Shown piece by piece: positions 36,261 through 45,061 of a DNA stretch of 64,000 nucleotides; within the stretch, counting starts at the first letter, position 1; every line of letters begins with the position of its first letter. The translations under genes were made by a program, and so were the position numbers. Under the pieces are notes generated by a model. The model was given only the letters and a program-made list of their open reading frames with translations. It ran no database searches and was not told the DNA's origin. Location: the IMG/VR virus record IMGVR_UViG_3300025305_003938, positions 1 through 64,000 of that record; one strand, given 5' to 3'. The stretch is from a virus.

Positions 36261-37490
36261 ATGAGCTTCGGTACATTCAGATCGAGGGTACCTCGTGATA
36301 TTCTGGCCACTTTAGAGAACACTAAAGAGGAAGCGAAACAATACGCCCAAGAACAAGTTAATCAGTTTTCAAGCTCTATTATGACAGAGGTTCTTCCGAA
36401 CTTGACAGTTTCCGGGGGAATCTCACCAACTGAATTTGCAGCGTTCAGCGCCTCGTTCTCTCAAAACTTAGTAGCGGTAGAAGTTGGGACGATGGCGTAC
36501 GCCGACCAGCAGGTCACTGTCTTTTCAGCATCTGTCAGTGAGAATCTTTCTGACGGCATATCTGCAACTGAATTTGAAGCATTCAGTGCCTCTTTTGCAC
36601 AAAACTTAACAGCAGTTGGTGCAGCATCAATGGCTTACGCGGATCAACAAGTTCAAGCCGCAACAGGGTCGATAATGGCATATGCCGATCAGCAGGTTAC
36701 TAACTTTTCAGCATCTGTCAATGGGAATTTTTCTTACGGCATATCTGCAACTGAATTTGCAGCGTTCAGCGCCTCTTTTGCACAAAACTTAGTAGCGGTA
36801 GAAGTTGGGACGATGGCGTACGCCGACCAACAGGTTACTAACTTTTCAGCATCTGTCAATGGGAATCTTTCTCACGGCATATCTGCAACTGAATTTGCAG
36901 CGTTCAGCGCCTCTTTTGCACAAAACTTAGTAGCGGTAGAAGTTGGGACGATGGCGTACGCCGACCAACAGGTTACTAACTTTTCAGCATCTGTCAATGT
37001 ATCCGGCGCCGTAGACACCACTAGTTTGACCACATTAAGTGGTTCAATGGCGGCGGCCGTCGCTGCAATGGAGCTACAAATGAACACTAATATTGGAAAC
37101 ATTGATACTGGTGCCTCTTCGGCCGAAGTAACAGCTTTAAGTGGCACAGTTGGAACAGAAATAAATCAACTTGTTGACGCTATAGCGACGTTAGAATCAA
37201 TATCTTCACAATTACAATCCCGTGTATCTTACAATACTGCAATTATTGGAATGCCTGAACATATCATACTTACAAATGACACAGGTACCGAATACTCACT
37301 CCACGTTAATGACGATGGAGATCTCCTCTTTGATGCATATGCAAACACTGGTTCGGCATGCAACACTCAACTGGTTGCTCTAGAATATTTGACACTCAAA
37401 GCTCCAAATGGCCAGCATTATCAATTGAGCGTTCAACCAGACGGCGGCTTAACATTCGATATCAGCACTCTGCCCACTGGAAGCTGCTAG
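36261..37490 (+). CDS. tandem-repeat fibre-like protein
   Basis: Four ~46-aa units GISATEFAAFSASFAQNL...; duplicated C-terminal module Y.L.V..DG.L.FD. Confidence 0.75.
   Translation: MSFGTFRSRVPRDILATLENTKEEAKQYAQEQVNQFSSSIMTEVLPNLTVSGGISPTEFAAFSASFSQNLVAVEVGTMAYADQQVTVFSASVSENLSDGISATEFEAFSASFAQNLTAVGAASMAYADQQVQAATGSIMAYADQQVTNFSASVNGNFSYGISATEFAAFSASFAQNLVAVEVGTMAYADQQVTNFSASVNGNLSHGISATEFAAFSASFAQNLVAVEVGTMAYADQQVTNFSASVNVSGAVDTTSLTTLSGSMAAAVAAMELQMNTNIGNIDTGASSAEVTALSGTVGTEINQLVDAIATLESISSQLQSRVSYNTAIIGMPEHIILTNDTGTEYSLHVNDDGDLLFDAYANTGSACNTQLVALEYLTLKAPNGQHYQLSVQPDGGLTFDISTLPTGSC
36415..37000 (+). repeat. 138-bp tandem coding repeats
   Basis: Near-identical copies starting at 36738 and 36876; diverged copies upstream. 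Confidence 0.9.
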
Positions 37491-37999
37491 TCCTCTTTGT
37501 AAAATACGTCACCGTTGACTAGTTCTGATATTTGATCATAATCTATAAATAGAGAGAGATGTTTTTCATCTTCTCCCTCTGGGCGCCATATTAAAGAGAG
37601 TCGGCGCTCCTCATCATACCAGATCCAATCAAACTCATTACCTAGGTTTATCTCTCTAGAAAAAATACAACTGTATTTGTTTTGAGTCATTCCGACGACT
37701 AGATCATCATGAAGTGAATATCCTGTGTTTAATATTAGGTCTTCGCCACAGAATGCTAAGGTATCCTTATCAACTAATTCTAGAAACAAATAGCCAGTAA
37801 TCATCGTGGTGGATACATCAGCCTCGCACCACCACGTGGAAAGCTCATCTTCGTGACTAATCCAAGAACAATCCATGGAAAAAAAGTATTCTCCAAATTC
37901 ATTATAGTCATCATCTATCGGCCCACTGCATCCGGATAGAATAGACAAAACAAGTAATGTTATTGATTTATTAATTGTATCTCCTATAGTAATTATCAT
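37487..37999 (-). CDS. lipoprotein
   Basis: LSILSGC lipobox; start codon uncertain. Confidence 0.7.
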   Translation of the reverse strand: MIITIGDTINKSITLLVLSILSGCSGPIDDDYNEFGEYFFSMDCSWISHEDELSTWWCEADVSTTMITGYLFLELVDKDTLAFCGEDLILNTGYSLHDDLVVGMTQNKYSCIFSREINLGNEFDWIWYDEERRLSLIWRPEGEDEKHLSLFIDYDQISELVNGDVFYKED

Positions 38000-38083
38000 A
38001 GATTACAAAAAAACAATTTTTAATAAAATACTTGCAACACTAGGTACTATTGTGCTAATATTGATTTTGATAATGAATATTGT

Positions 38084-38158
38084 GCTTCCTTCGTCTAACG
38101 GTTAGGACATCGGGTTTTCATCCCGGAAATAGGGGTTCGATTCCCCTAGGAAGTACCA
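38084..38158 (+). tRNA. tRNA-Glu(TTC)
   Basis: Loop TTTTCAT; CCA. Confidence 0.95.
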
Positions 38159-38164
38159 AAAAGA

Positions 38165-38238
38165 TGAGATGTGATGTAATGGCAACATGGAACGCTTTGA
38201 CCGTTCTTTTCTAGGTTCGAATCCTAGCATCTCAGCCA
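38165..38238 (+). tRNA. tRNA-Gln(TTG)
   Basis: U1-A72; loop CTTTGAC; G73; CCA. Confidence 0.93.
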
Positions 38239-38260
38239 TGGAGGGGGAGAAGGGAGAAAA

Positions 38261-38383
38261 ATGGATACTTTAGGCTTAGTCAGCACTGTCGCTCTAGTGT
38301 TTATTTCATGTCGAATGATTTGGAAAATACACGCCAATGAAGCGAGCATAAAACGAATCCTCGATGAATTAAACAAAAATTAA
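38261..38383 (+). CDS. small membrane peptide between tRNAs
   Basis: SD GGGAG; MDTLGLVSTVALVFISC...; 40 aa translated by hand. Confidence 0.55.
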   Translation: MDTLGLVSTVALVFISCRMIWKIHANEASIKRILDELNKN

Positions 38384-38389
38384 AAAATA

Positions 38390-38465
38390 GCCGGTATAGC
38401 TCAGTTGGTAGAGCACTTCACTTGTAATGAAGATGTCCCGCGTTCGATTCGTGGTGCCGGCACCA
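38390..38465 (+). tRNA. tRNA-Thr(TGT)
   Basis: Loop CTTGTAA; CCA. Confidence 0.95.
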
Positions 38466-38537
38466 ATAATTTCTTTAAAATTTAGTTTTTGAAGTTAAAT
38501 GTAGTGAAACCCGATTATGGGTTGTATATAAAGACAT

Positions 38538-38613
38538 GGGGGTGTAGCTCAGTTGGGAGAGCAGTTGCCTTGCACGCATCAGGTCGTAGGTTCGACTCCT
38601 ATCACCTCCACCA
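38538..38613 (+). tRNA. tRNA-Ala(TGC)
   Basis: G3.U70; loop CTTGCAC; CCA. Confidence 0.93.
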
Positions 38614-38619
38614 TCTTCT

Positions 38620-38649
38620 AAAAGGGGCCCTCGCGGGCCCCTTTTTTTT
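38620..38649 (+). terminator. intrinsic terminator
   Basis: GGGGCCC-TCGC-GGGCCCC followed by T8. Confidence 0.9.
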
Positions 38650-38723
38650 AATAAATTTAGTGAATTTACAAACATAGCCAAAGCTGATAAGATATATCAT
38701 ATTGAATAGTAAAAAAAGAACCA

Positions 38724-38797
38724 GCGGGTGTAGCTCAGCGGTAGAGCATCGCGTTGCAACGCGAAGGTCGTGAGTTCGAATCCTACCACCGAGACCA
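38724..38797 (+). pseudogene. chimeric pseudo-tRNA (Gly-like 5' part, Pro-like 3' end)
   Basis: Acceptor GCGGGTG vs CACCGAG has 3 mismatches; 6-nt loop TTGCAA; T-stem mismatch. Confidence 0.7.
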
Positions 38798-38840
38798 TCT
38801 TTCTGTCTTTACGCAGCTATTTAAAATAATTAATTGTTTT

Positions 38841-38929
38841 GGAAGCGTGTCCGAGAGGCCGATGGAGCACGATTGGAAATCGTGTGTAGTTCATAGCTAC
38901 CGAAGGTTCGAATCCTTCCGCTTCCGCCA
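38841..38929 (+). tRNA. tRNA-Ser(GGA)
   Basis: Loop TTGGAAA; long variable arm; G73; CCA. Confidence 0.95.
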
Positions 38930-38955
38930 ATAATTTTCCCGCGTCTATATAATAT

Positions 38956-39744
38956 ATGAATGACAGCAATACAGTGCTTCTATGTCCACCCATGTTTTTT
39001 GATGTGAAATATTCAATCAATCCATGGATGAAGGGTGAAAAAGTCAACACGGCCATGGCAAGAAAACAATGGTTTGAGATGAAGTGGGTACTGGAAGATC
39101 TAGGTATAAAAGTGAAGCTCATAGGGCAGGAAAACTATCTGCCAGATATGGTTTTCACAGCCAACGCCGGAACAGTTAAAGACAAAAAAGTAGTCTTAAG
39201 TAATTTTAAGCACTATCAACGACAGCCGGAAAGAGAAGTATTTCAGCGTTGGTTTGAGGAATTCGGATATGAAACTCACAAGCTACCAGACGGCATGCAC
39301 TTTGAAGGCTGCGGAGACACGATTCTATCGGGCAACAAGCTGATTGCGGGGTATGGATATAGATCAGACCTCCGGGCCCTTAAAAAGACCGCTGAGATCT
39401 TAGAATTGCAATTAATTTCTCTTAAGCTAAAGAATCCCAACTTTTATCACCTAGACACCTGTTTTAGCCTCCTAAGAGAAGACTTGGCCATATATTATCC
39501 CGGCGCATTTAGCGATCACACAATATCGAAAATTAAAAACATAGAACTGTTACCGGTAACGGAGAACGAAGCTAATCAGTTCGCATGCAACTCTATCGTG
39601 TACAAAGACAACATATTAATGCCGGCAAAGAATAATCGCCTTGTTGATGAATTGGCAAATTATGGTTACACTGTTAGGCTGATCGACACTTCTGAATTCT
39701 TAAAATCCGGTGGATCATTACAATGTATGTCTTTATGGATTTAA
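38956..39744 (+). CDS. amidinotransferase / dimethylarginine dimethylaminohydrolase family (pentein)
   Basis: INPWM, PDMVFTAN, FEGCGD, FYHLDTCF, GGSLQCMS. Confidence 0.92.
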   Translation: MNDSNTVLLCPPMFFDVKYSINPWMKGEKVNTAMARKQWFEMKWVLEDLGIKVKLIGQENYLPDMVFTANAGTVKDKKVVLSNFKHYQRQPEREVFQRWFEEFGYETHKLPDGMHFEGCGDTILSGNKLIAGYGYRSDLRALKKTAEILELQLISLKLKNPNFYHLDTCFSLLREDLAIYYPGAFSDHTISKIKNIELLPVTENEANQFACNSIVYKDNILMPAKNNRLVDELANYGYTVRLIDTSEFLKSGGSLQCMSLWI

Positions 39745-39812
39745 ATATTAATAGGAATAATATATACTTAATTCGAACCATAAAACTACTTATTACATAA
39801 GAGGATAATATA

Positions 39813-40376
39813 ATGAGTAGATCATCGGAGAACGTCAAGCGCTGGCGTAAAGCCACAAAAGATAGAATAGTTGCAGCTTTTGGCTCCCAGTGTGGTGTTT
39901 GTGGATATGATAGAACCTCTGCAGCTCTTGAACTCCATCATCTCGACCCTGAAGAGAAGGAATTTTCGTTAGGGTCTGTACGAGCTAACATACGTTCGTG
40001 GGCTAAAATCGTAACTGAATGTAGAAAGTGTGTACTTTTGTGCGCAAATTGTCACCGTGAATATCACCAAGGTTTGCTTGAGCTACCAAGCGGTATTGCA
40101 CGCTTTGATGAAAATTATGTAGACTACAAAGAAGTGAGAAGACGCGACAAAAAAGACATATGTCCTATATGTAATGGTGAGAAATTGGTCGGCTCGATAA
40201 CCTGTTCACGACAATGCGCGGCCAAAAAGAGGCATAAGATTAATTGGGAAATATATGATAGTGTCTTAAAAGAAGAGTTAAAAAGAGGAAGCTCTTGGGT
40301 TAAAATATCGGATAAGATAGGAAACATTAGCGACGTTGCTGTTAAAAAGAGAGCAGTAAAAATAGGATTAATCTAA
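39813..40376 (+). CDS. HNH endonuclease with zinc finger and C-terminal HTH
   Basis: CGVCGY...LELHHLDP...KCVLLCANCHREYH; CPIC..TCSRQC; WVKISDKIGNISDVAVKKR. Confidence 0.85.
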   Translation: MSRSSENVKRWRKATKDRIVAAFGSQCGVCGYDRTSAALELHHLDPEEKEFSLGSVRANIRSWAKIVTECRKCVLLCANCHREYHQGLLELPSGIARFDENYVDYKEVRRRDKKDICPICNGEKLVGSITCSRQCAAKKRHKINWEIYDSVLKEELKRGSSWVKISDKIGNISDVAVKKRAVKIGLI

Positions 40377-40385
40377 ACTTGACAT

Positions 40386-40472
40386 TCCGGAGTGGCGAAA
40401 CTGGTAACCGCACTTGACTGTTAATCAAGCGTCATTTATGACTTGGGAGTTCAAACCTCTCCTCCGGAGCCA
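40386..40472 (+). tRNA. tRNA-Asn(GTT) with atypical long variable arm
   Basis: TCCGGAG/CTCCGGA-G-CCA; stem CTTGA/TCAAG, loop CTGTTAA; V-arm CGTCATTTATGACTT. Confidence 0.9.
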
Positions 40473-40562
40473 AGATTAGACCCCATCCTGCCGCCGCAGC
40501 CAAAAATATTATTAGTGTTCGTAAGAAATACCGGCTCTATATAGTACATATGAGGAAGTCTA

Positions 40563-41795
40563 ATGAGTATTTTTAGAGAACACAAATCAAAAGTTGATAG
40601 AAGTGCAACTGACAGAAAGCGCCACAAAGAAAAGATTGAAAAGGCTATCAAGGAAAGCATAAAAGATGTTGTAGCAGAAGAGAGTATTATTGGCCAGAGT
40701 GGCAAAAAGAAAATAAAAATCCCTGTAAAGGGTATAAAAGAATATAGGTTTGTCTACGGTGGCAACGAAAAGAATCAAAAGGTTGGATCCGCCGGCGACA
40801 TCGACGTTAAGAAGGGCCAAAGGATCGGCAAAAAGACGGCAGAAAGAATGCAACAGGGAAACAAGCCCTCCGACAAAGCCGGCGAAGAATCCTATGAAGT
40901 AGAGATAAGCTTAGAAGAGTTAGCTAGTTACCTGTTTGACAGCCTAGAGCTTCCGGAACTAGAAAAGAAGAGATTTAAGTTTGTAAATCAAGAAAAGCTA
41001 AGAAGGAAGGGCCATCGCCTCAAAGGCATCCGTTCCAGACTTTCAAAGAAGGAAACTCTTAAGAGAAAAATTAAGAGAAAGAAGCGGGCTATAGCGGCTG
41101 GTACCTATAATCCCGACAGCGACGAGCGCTTTCCGTTTCACAAGGACGATTTAAAGTATCACCACGTTAAGCCAAAAAATAAAGAAAATACTGCCGCTGT
41201 CATTTTCTTCTTAATGGATGTATCCGGTTCTATGGATCAGGATAAAAAATTCTTGGCAAGAAGCTTCTGTTTCCTCTTGTATCAATTCATTAGGCACAAA
41301 TACGAAAACGTTGAAGTTGTATTTATCTCACACACCACTGAAGCAAAGCAGGTAAATGAGCAAGAGTTCTTCACTAGAATAACGTCCGGCGGTACGATAA
41401 TGTCGACGGCCCTAGAGTTAGAGAAAGACCTAATTGAGAAGCAATATCACCCAAGTTCTTGGAATATATACACTTTTTATGCCGGCGATGGTGAAAATTG
41501 GCCGGCCGACATCAAAAAGTCTGTAGATCTGCTAGCCGAACTCAAAGAAATTAATCAACTAATTTCATATGCAGAAATAACGCCATGGGATACCAACGGT
41601 TGGCAAGATCCCACGTGGGTAGATCCCATGGTACCAAAACCATACCATGCCAGAAGGACCAATCTGAACCCCATGGCGCTGTCGATGTGGGAAGAATTAA
41701 ATTTAATTGAGGACTCCTCTTTGAAGAGAATAAAGATAGTTAACTCAGAGTCAATATGGCCCGCATTCAACAGGCTGTTCGGAGTAAAGAAATAA
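40563..41795 (+). CDS. yeaH: YeaH/YhbH (DUF444) vWA-like protein
   Basis: DRKRHKEKI, IKEYRFVYG, MDVSGSM, FISHTTEA, SGGT, DGENW. Confidence 0.92.
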   Translation: MSIFREHKSKVDRSATDRKRHKEKIEKAIKESIKDVVAEESIIGQSGKKKIKIPVKGIKEYRFVYGGNEKNQKVGSAGDIDVKKGQRIGKKTAERMQQGNKPSDKAGEESYEVEISLEELASYLFDSLELPELEKKRFKFVNQEKLRRKGHRLKGIRSRLSKKETLKRKIKRKKRAIAAGTYNPDSDERFPFHKDDLKYHHVKPKNKENTAAVIFFLMDVSGSMDQDKKFLARSFCFLLYQFIRHKYENVEVVFISHTTEAKQVNEQEFFTRITSGGTIMSTALELEKDLIEKQYHPSSWNIYTFYAGDGENWPADIKKSVDLLAELKEINQLISYAEITPWDTNGWQDPTWVDPMVPKPYHARRTNLNPMALSMWEELNLIEDSSLKRIKIVNSESIWPAFNRLFGVKK

Positions 41796-43111
41796 TGAAC
41801 GATTGGACTATAGGAGAATTAGAGGACTGGGATAATAAGATCTGTAAGATCGGCGAATCATACGGCCTAGACTGGTTTGACATTGATTATGAAATAATCG
41901 ATTATCATGAAATGATCGGTGCGATGTCCTACACTGGCATGCCTACGCACTATAGACATTGGTCTTTTGGAAAGTCTTTTGAACTTACTCATGCAAAATA
42001 TACAATGGGTCAGACCGGCCTACCTTATGAGATGATTATCAACTCAAACCCGAGCATCGCTTATTTGATGAAAGAGAATCCACTAAGCACACATTTGTTA
42101 ACCATGGCACATTGTGTCGGCCATAGTGATTTCTTTAAGAACAACAGAATGTTTAAACATACAGATCCAGACAACGTGATCAATAGGTTCAAGTTAGGCG
42201 CTAAGAGGATTCAAGAATATCTCGGAGATCCATCGATAGGTGTAGAGAAAGTAGAAAACATTATAGATGCATGTCATGCAATAAAGTACCAAATCCCCAG
42301 AACCCCTGGTATCATAAGACGAAGCAATGATGAACTTAGGGCAATTTATGCGGAGAAGATGCTTGATGATGAGGATGGGATATACGATGATATTAATCTG
42401 GATAAGGTGCCCCTAGAACGAGATTATAATTTACTAGCATTCATCAGAGAAAACTCTCGTAATCTTACAGATTGGCAGAGAGATGTAATGTTGATTGTAG
42501 AAGAGAATTCTCAATATTTCCTTCCACAAGCTTATACGAAAATTATGAACGAGGGTTGGGCCGTCCTAATTCATGAAAAAATAATGAAAGAATTAGATCT
42601 CCCACATAAACATCATTTGGCTTTTATAAAATTACATAATCAGGTCGTCCGCCCACATTTGGGTAGTGTAAATCCTTACCACCTAGGCTATACAATTTTT
42701 AAGAAGATAGAGGAAGCTGAAGGCCTAGACGCTTGTTTGTTAGCCCGCGAAGTACATAATGATGTTTCATTTTTAAGAAAATACTTAGATGAAGAAACTT
42801 GTAGGGAGTTGAATTTATTTGCTTTTTCCTTTAAAAAAAGAAACAATCAGCATACTATAGATGATGTTTCTAATGAAGACGGGTGGACGAACGTCCGCGA
42901 CGCTCTAATTAGTACAGTTGGATTGAACTCTGTGCCGGTTGTGTATGTGGAAGAGCTAATGAAGGACAGCACACTACGTATTATACATGAGCACGATGGT
43001 CGCGATATAGACCTACGTGACGCGCAAAGAGTGTATGACCATATAAAACAACTGTGGGGAGACGATGTACTCTTTACAACAATAATTGAAGAGGAGCCAT
43101 GGGAATTCTAA
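41795..43111 (+). CDS. spoVR: SpoVR/YcgB family protein
   Basis: HWSFGK, YEMIINSNP, AHCVGHSDFFKNN, TKIMNEGWA, NPYHLG. Confidence 0.95.
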   Translation: MNDWTIGELEDWDNKICKIGESYGLDWFDIDYEIIDYHEMIGAMSYTGMPTHYRHWSFGKSFELTHAKYTMGQTGLPYEMIINSNPSIAYLMKENPLSTHLLTMAHCVGHSDFFKNNRMFKHTDPDNVINRFKLGAKRIQEYLGDPSIGVEKVENIIDACHAIKYQIPRTPGIIRRSNDELRAIYAEKMLDDEDGIYDDINLDKVPLERDYNLLAFIRENSRNLTDWQRDVMLIVEENSQYFLPQAYTKIMNEGWAVLIHEKIMKELDLPHKHHLAFIKLHNQVVRPHLGSVNPYHLGYTIFKKIEEAEGLDACLLAREVHNDVSFLRKYLDEETCRELNLFAFSFKKRNNQHTIDDVSNEDGWTNVRDALISTVGLNSVPVVYVEELMKDSTLRIIHEHDGRDIDLRDAQRVYDHIKQLWGDDVLFTTIIEEEPWEF

Positions 43112-43112
43112 A

Positions 43113-45047
43113 ATGAAAAAATCAACAAAATTTCTTAAGGAAATAGACAAACACAGCAGTCGTAAAAGAGCTGAAAAATTTGAAGGAACTTTGGGAGAAT
43201 ATATCAATCTTCTAGAAGTCAATCCTTCAGCTTGTGATTTAGCTCACAAGCGACTCTATGAGGCTCTTGCTGGCCATGGTATCACTACTATGGCGGAGTC
43301 CGACACTAGGTGCAATAAACTTTTTGGCGGAGAAGCAGTAAAAACTTATGATTATTTTCAAAGTAAGTTCTTTGGAATGGAGCGTTCTTTAGCAAAAATC
43401 ATGAGATTCCTGAGATCAGCCTCTTTAAAAGGTGAAGAAAGCCGACAGGTTTTGCTTTTACTCGGCCCAGTTGGCGCCGGCAAATCTGCCCTTGTAGAAC
43501 ACATCAAGCGCGCCCTAGAGAATTCCGGCCCGATGTATCACATTGCAGATTGTCCAATACACGAGGAACCCCTCCATTTGATCCCGCGTGGTTTAAGAGC
43601 CTCTTTCCAAGAAATTTATGGCATCAAAATCGAAGGTGATTTATGTCCCGTCTGCCGGCACAATCTCTTGAATGAACACGCCGGCGATTACATGAATGTT
43701 CCAGTTTCAGAGTCGACCTTTTCAATTAGAGGCCGCCGCGGCGTCGGTGTTGTACCACCAATGGATGCCAATACACAGGATACATCGATCTTAATAGGTA
43801 CTGAAGACATTTCGAAATTGGATCTATATCCAGAAGATGATCCCCGTGTCTTGAGTCTTAATGGGGCATTCAACGTAGGTAATCGCGGCATTGTAGAGTT
43901 CGTTGAGGTCTTCAAGAATGAAATCGAGTTCTTGCATACCATGATTACGGCAACTCAGGAAAAATCAGTCCCTTCCCCGGGCAAGCAGGCCATGATTTAT
44001 TTTGATGGTGTAATCCTCTCTCACTGTAACGAAGCAGAGTGGAATAAGTTCAAGTCTGAGCACACTAACGAAGCAATCTTGGATAGAATTGTACGCGTTA
44101 ACGTGCCGTACTGCTTAGAATACGCAGAAGAAGAGAAGATTTACAAAAAATTAATTGGTGAATCTGATTTTGAGTGCCATTTTGCGCCTCACACACTAGA
44201 ATTTGCCTCCATGTTTGCTGTTCTTTCCCGCCTCAAGCCAACGAACAAAGTAGATCTTCTTACGAAGATGAAAATATACAACGGTGAAGAGATTGTTGAA
44301 AAGGGTTCTGTTCGCAAACTTGACATTGATGATCTCCGCGAAGAGGTAGTTGATGAAGGGATGACGGGTATTTCTACACGTTTTATCATGAAGGCTATCG
44401 ACAATGCATTGTCGGACTCAGATAAGAACATGATAACTCCAATCTCTATTCGCGACTCACTTGTAAAGCAGGTGAAGGACCAGATTGTAGATCAAGAAAC
44501 TAGAGAAACATGCTTGATTTTCTTACAGAAAATTCTTCACGAAGAGTACCTAAGAATTCTAGAGAAAGAAATAACAAAGGCTTTTGTTTCCGCATATGAC
44601 GAACAGGCCGAAGCTTTATTCAATAACTATCTCGACCATGCCGAGGCTTACGTGAACGCCACAAAGGTTAAGGATCGGGTTACGAAAGAAGAGATCAATC
44701 CCGATGAGAACTTCATGAAATCAATCGAACAGCAGATCGGTATACAGGGTAGCGCTAAAGATAATTTTAGAAGCGACATTACTGCTTACATGTTTGCTAT
44801 GCTCCGCCGCGGCGAAGTCATTGACTGGAGAAGTTACGGGCCCCTACGTGAAGCAATTGAGAACAAATTAGTAACATCAGTGAAAGATATAACAAGAATC
44901 GTTACAAAGTCTAAGAGTAGAGATAAGGGCCAACAGAAGAAATACAATGGTATGGTAGAAACTCTAATAGAAGACTATGGATACACCGAAGACTCTGCAG
45001 AGGAAATTATCAAATTTGCTGCTAATAATTTGTGGAGAGATTCGTAA
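43113..45047 (+). CDS. prkA: PrkA/YeaG AAA+ serine protein kinase-like protein
   Basis: LLGPVGAGKS, CPIHEEPL, NRGIVEFVEVFK, VPYCL, GISTRF. Confidence 0.95.
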   Translation: MKKSTKFLKEIDKHSSRKRAEKFEGTLGEYINLLEVNPSACDLAHKRLYEALAGHGITTMAESDTRCNKLFGGEAVKTYDYFQSKFFGMERSLAKIMRFLRSASLKGEESRQVLLLLGPVGAGKSALVEHIKRALENSGPMYHIADCPIHEEPLHLIPRGLRASFQEIYGIKIEGDLCPVCRHNLLNEHAGDYMNVPVSESTFSIRGRRGVGVVPPMDANTQDTSILIGTEDISKLDLYPEDDPRVLSLNGAFNVGNRGIVEFVEVFKNEIEFLHTMITATQEKSVPSPGKQAMIYFDGVILSHCNEAEWNKFKSEHTNEAILDRIVRVNVPYCLEYAEEEKIYKKLIGESDFECHFAPHTLEFASMFAVLSRLKPTNKVDLLTKMKIYNGEEIVEKGSVRKLDIDDLREEVVDEGMTGISTRFIMKAIDNALSDSDKNMITPISIRDSLVKQVKDQIVDQETRETCLIFLQKILHEEYLRILEKEITKAFVSAYDEQAEALFNNYLDHAEAYVNATKVKDRVTKEEINPDENFMKSIEQQIGIQGSAKDNFRSDITAYMFAMLRRGEVIDWRSYGPLREAIENKLVTSVKDITRIVTKSKSRDKGQQKKYNGMVETLIEDYGYTEDSAEEIIKFAANNLWRDS

Positions 45048-45061
45048 ATAAAAAGTGATAT

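Noticed and set aside
36415-37000. Template/variable repeat pair of a diversity-generating retroelement
   Set aside because: The repeats are tandem and in frame, differences are not adenine-specific, and no reverse transcriptase is in the window.
38724-38797. Functional tRNA-Cys(GCA)
   Set aside because: 6-nt anticodon loop, three acceptor-stem mismatches and no U73; treated as a chimera.
38475-39122. Short ORFs overlapping tRNA genes (also 30289..30526 and 40451..40705)
   Set aside because: They translate tRNA sequence or antisense strands; the RNA genes explain the DNA.
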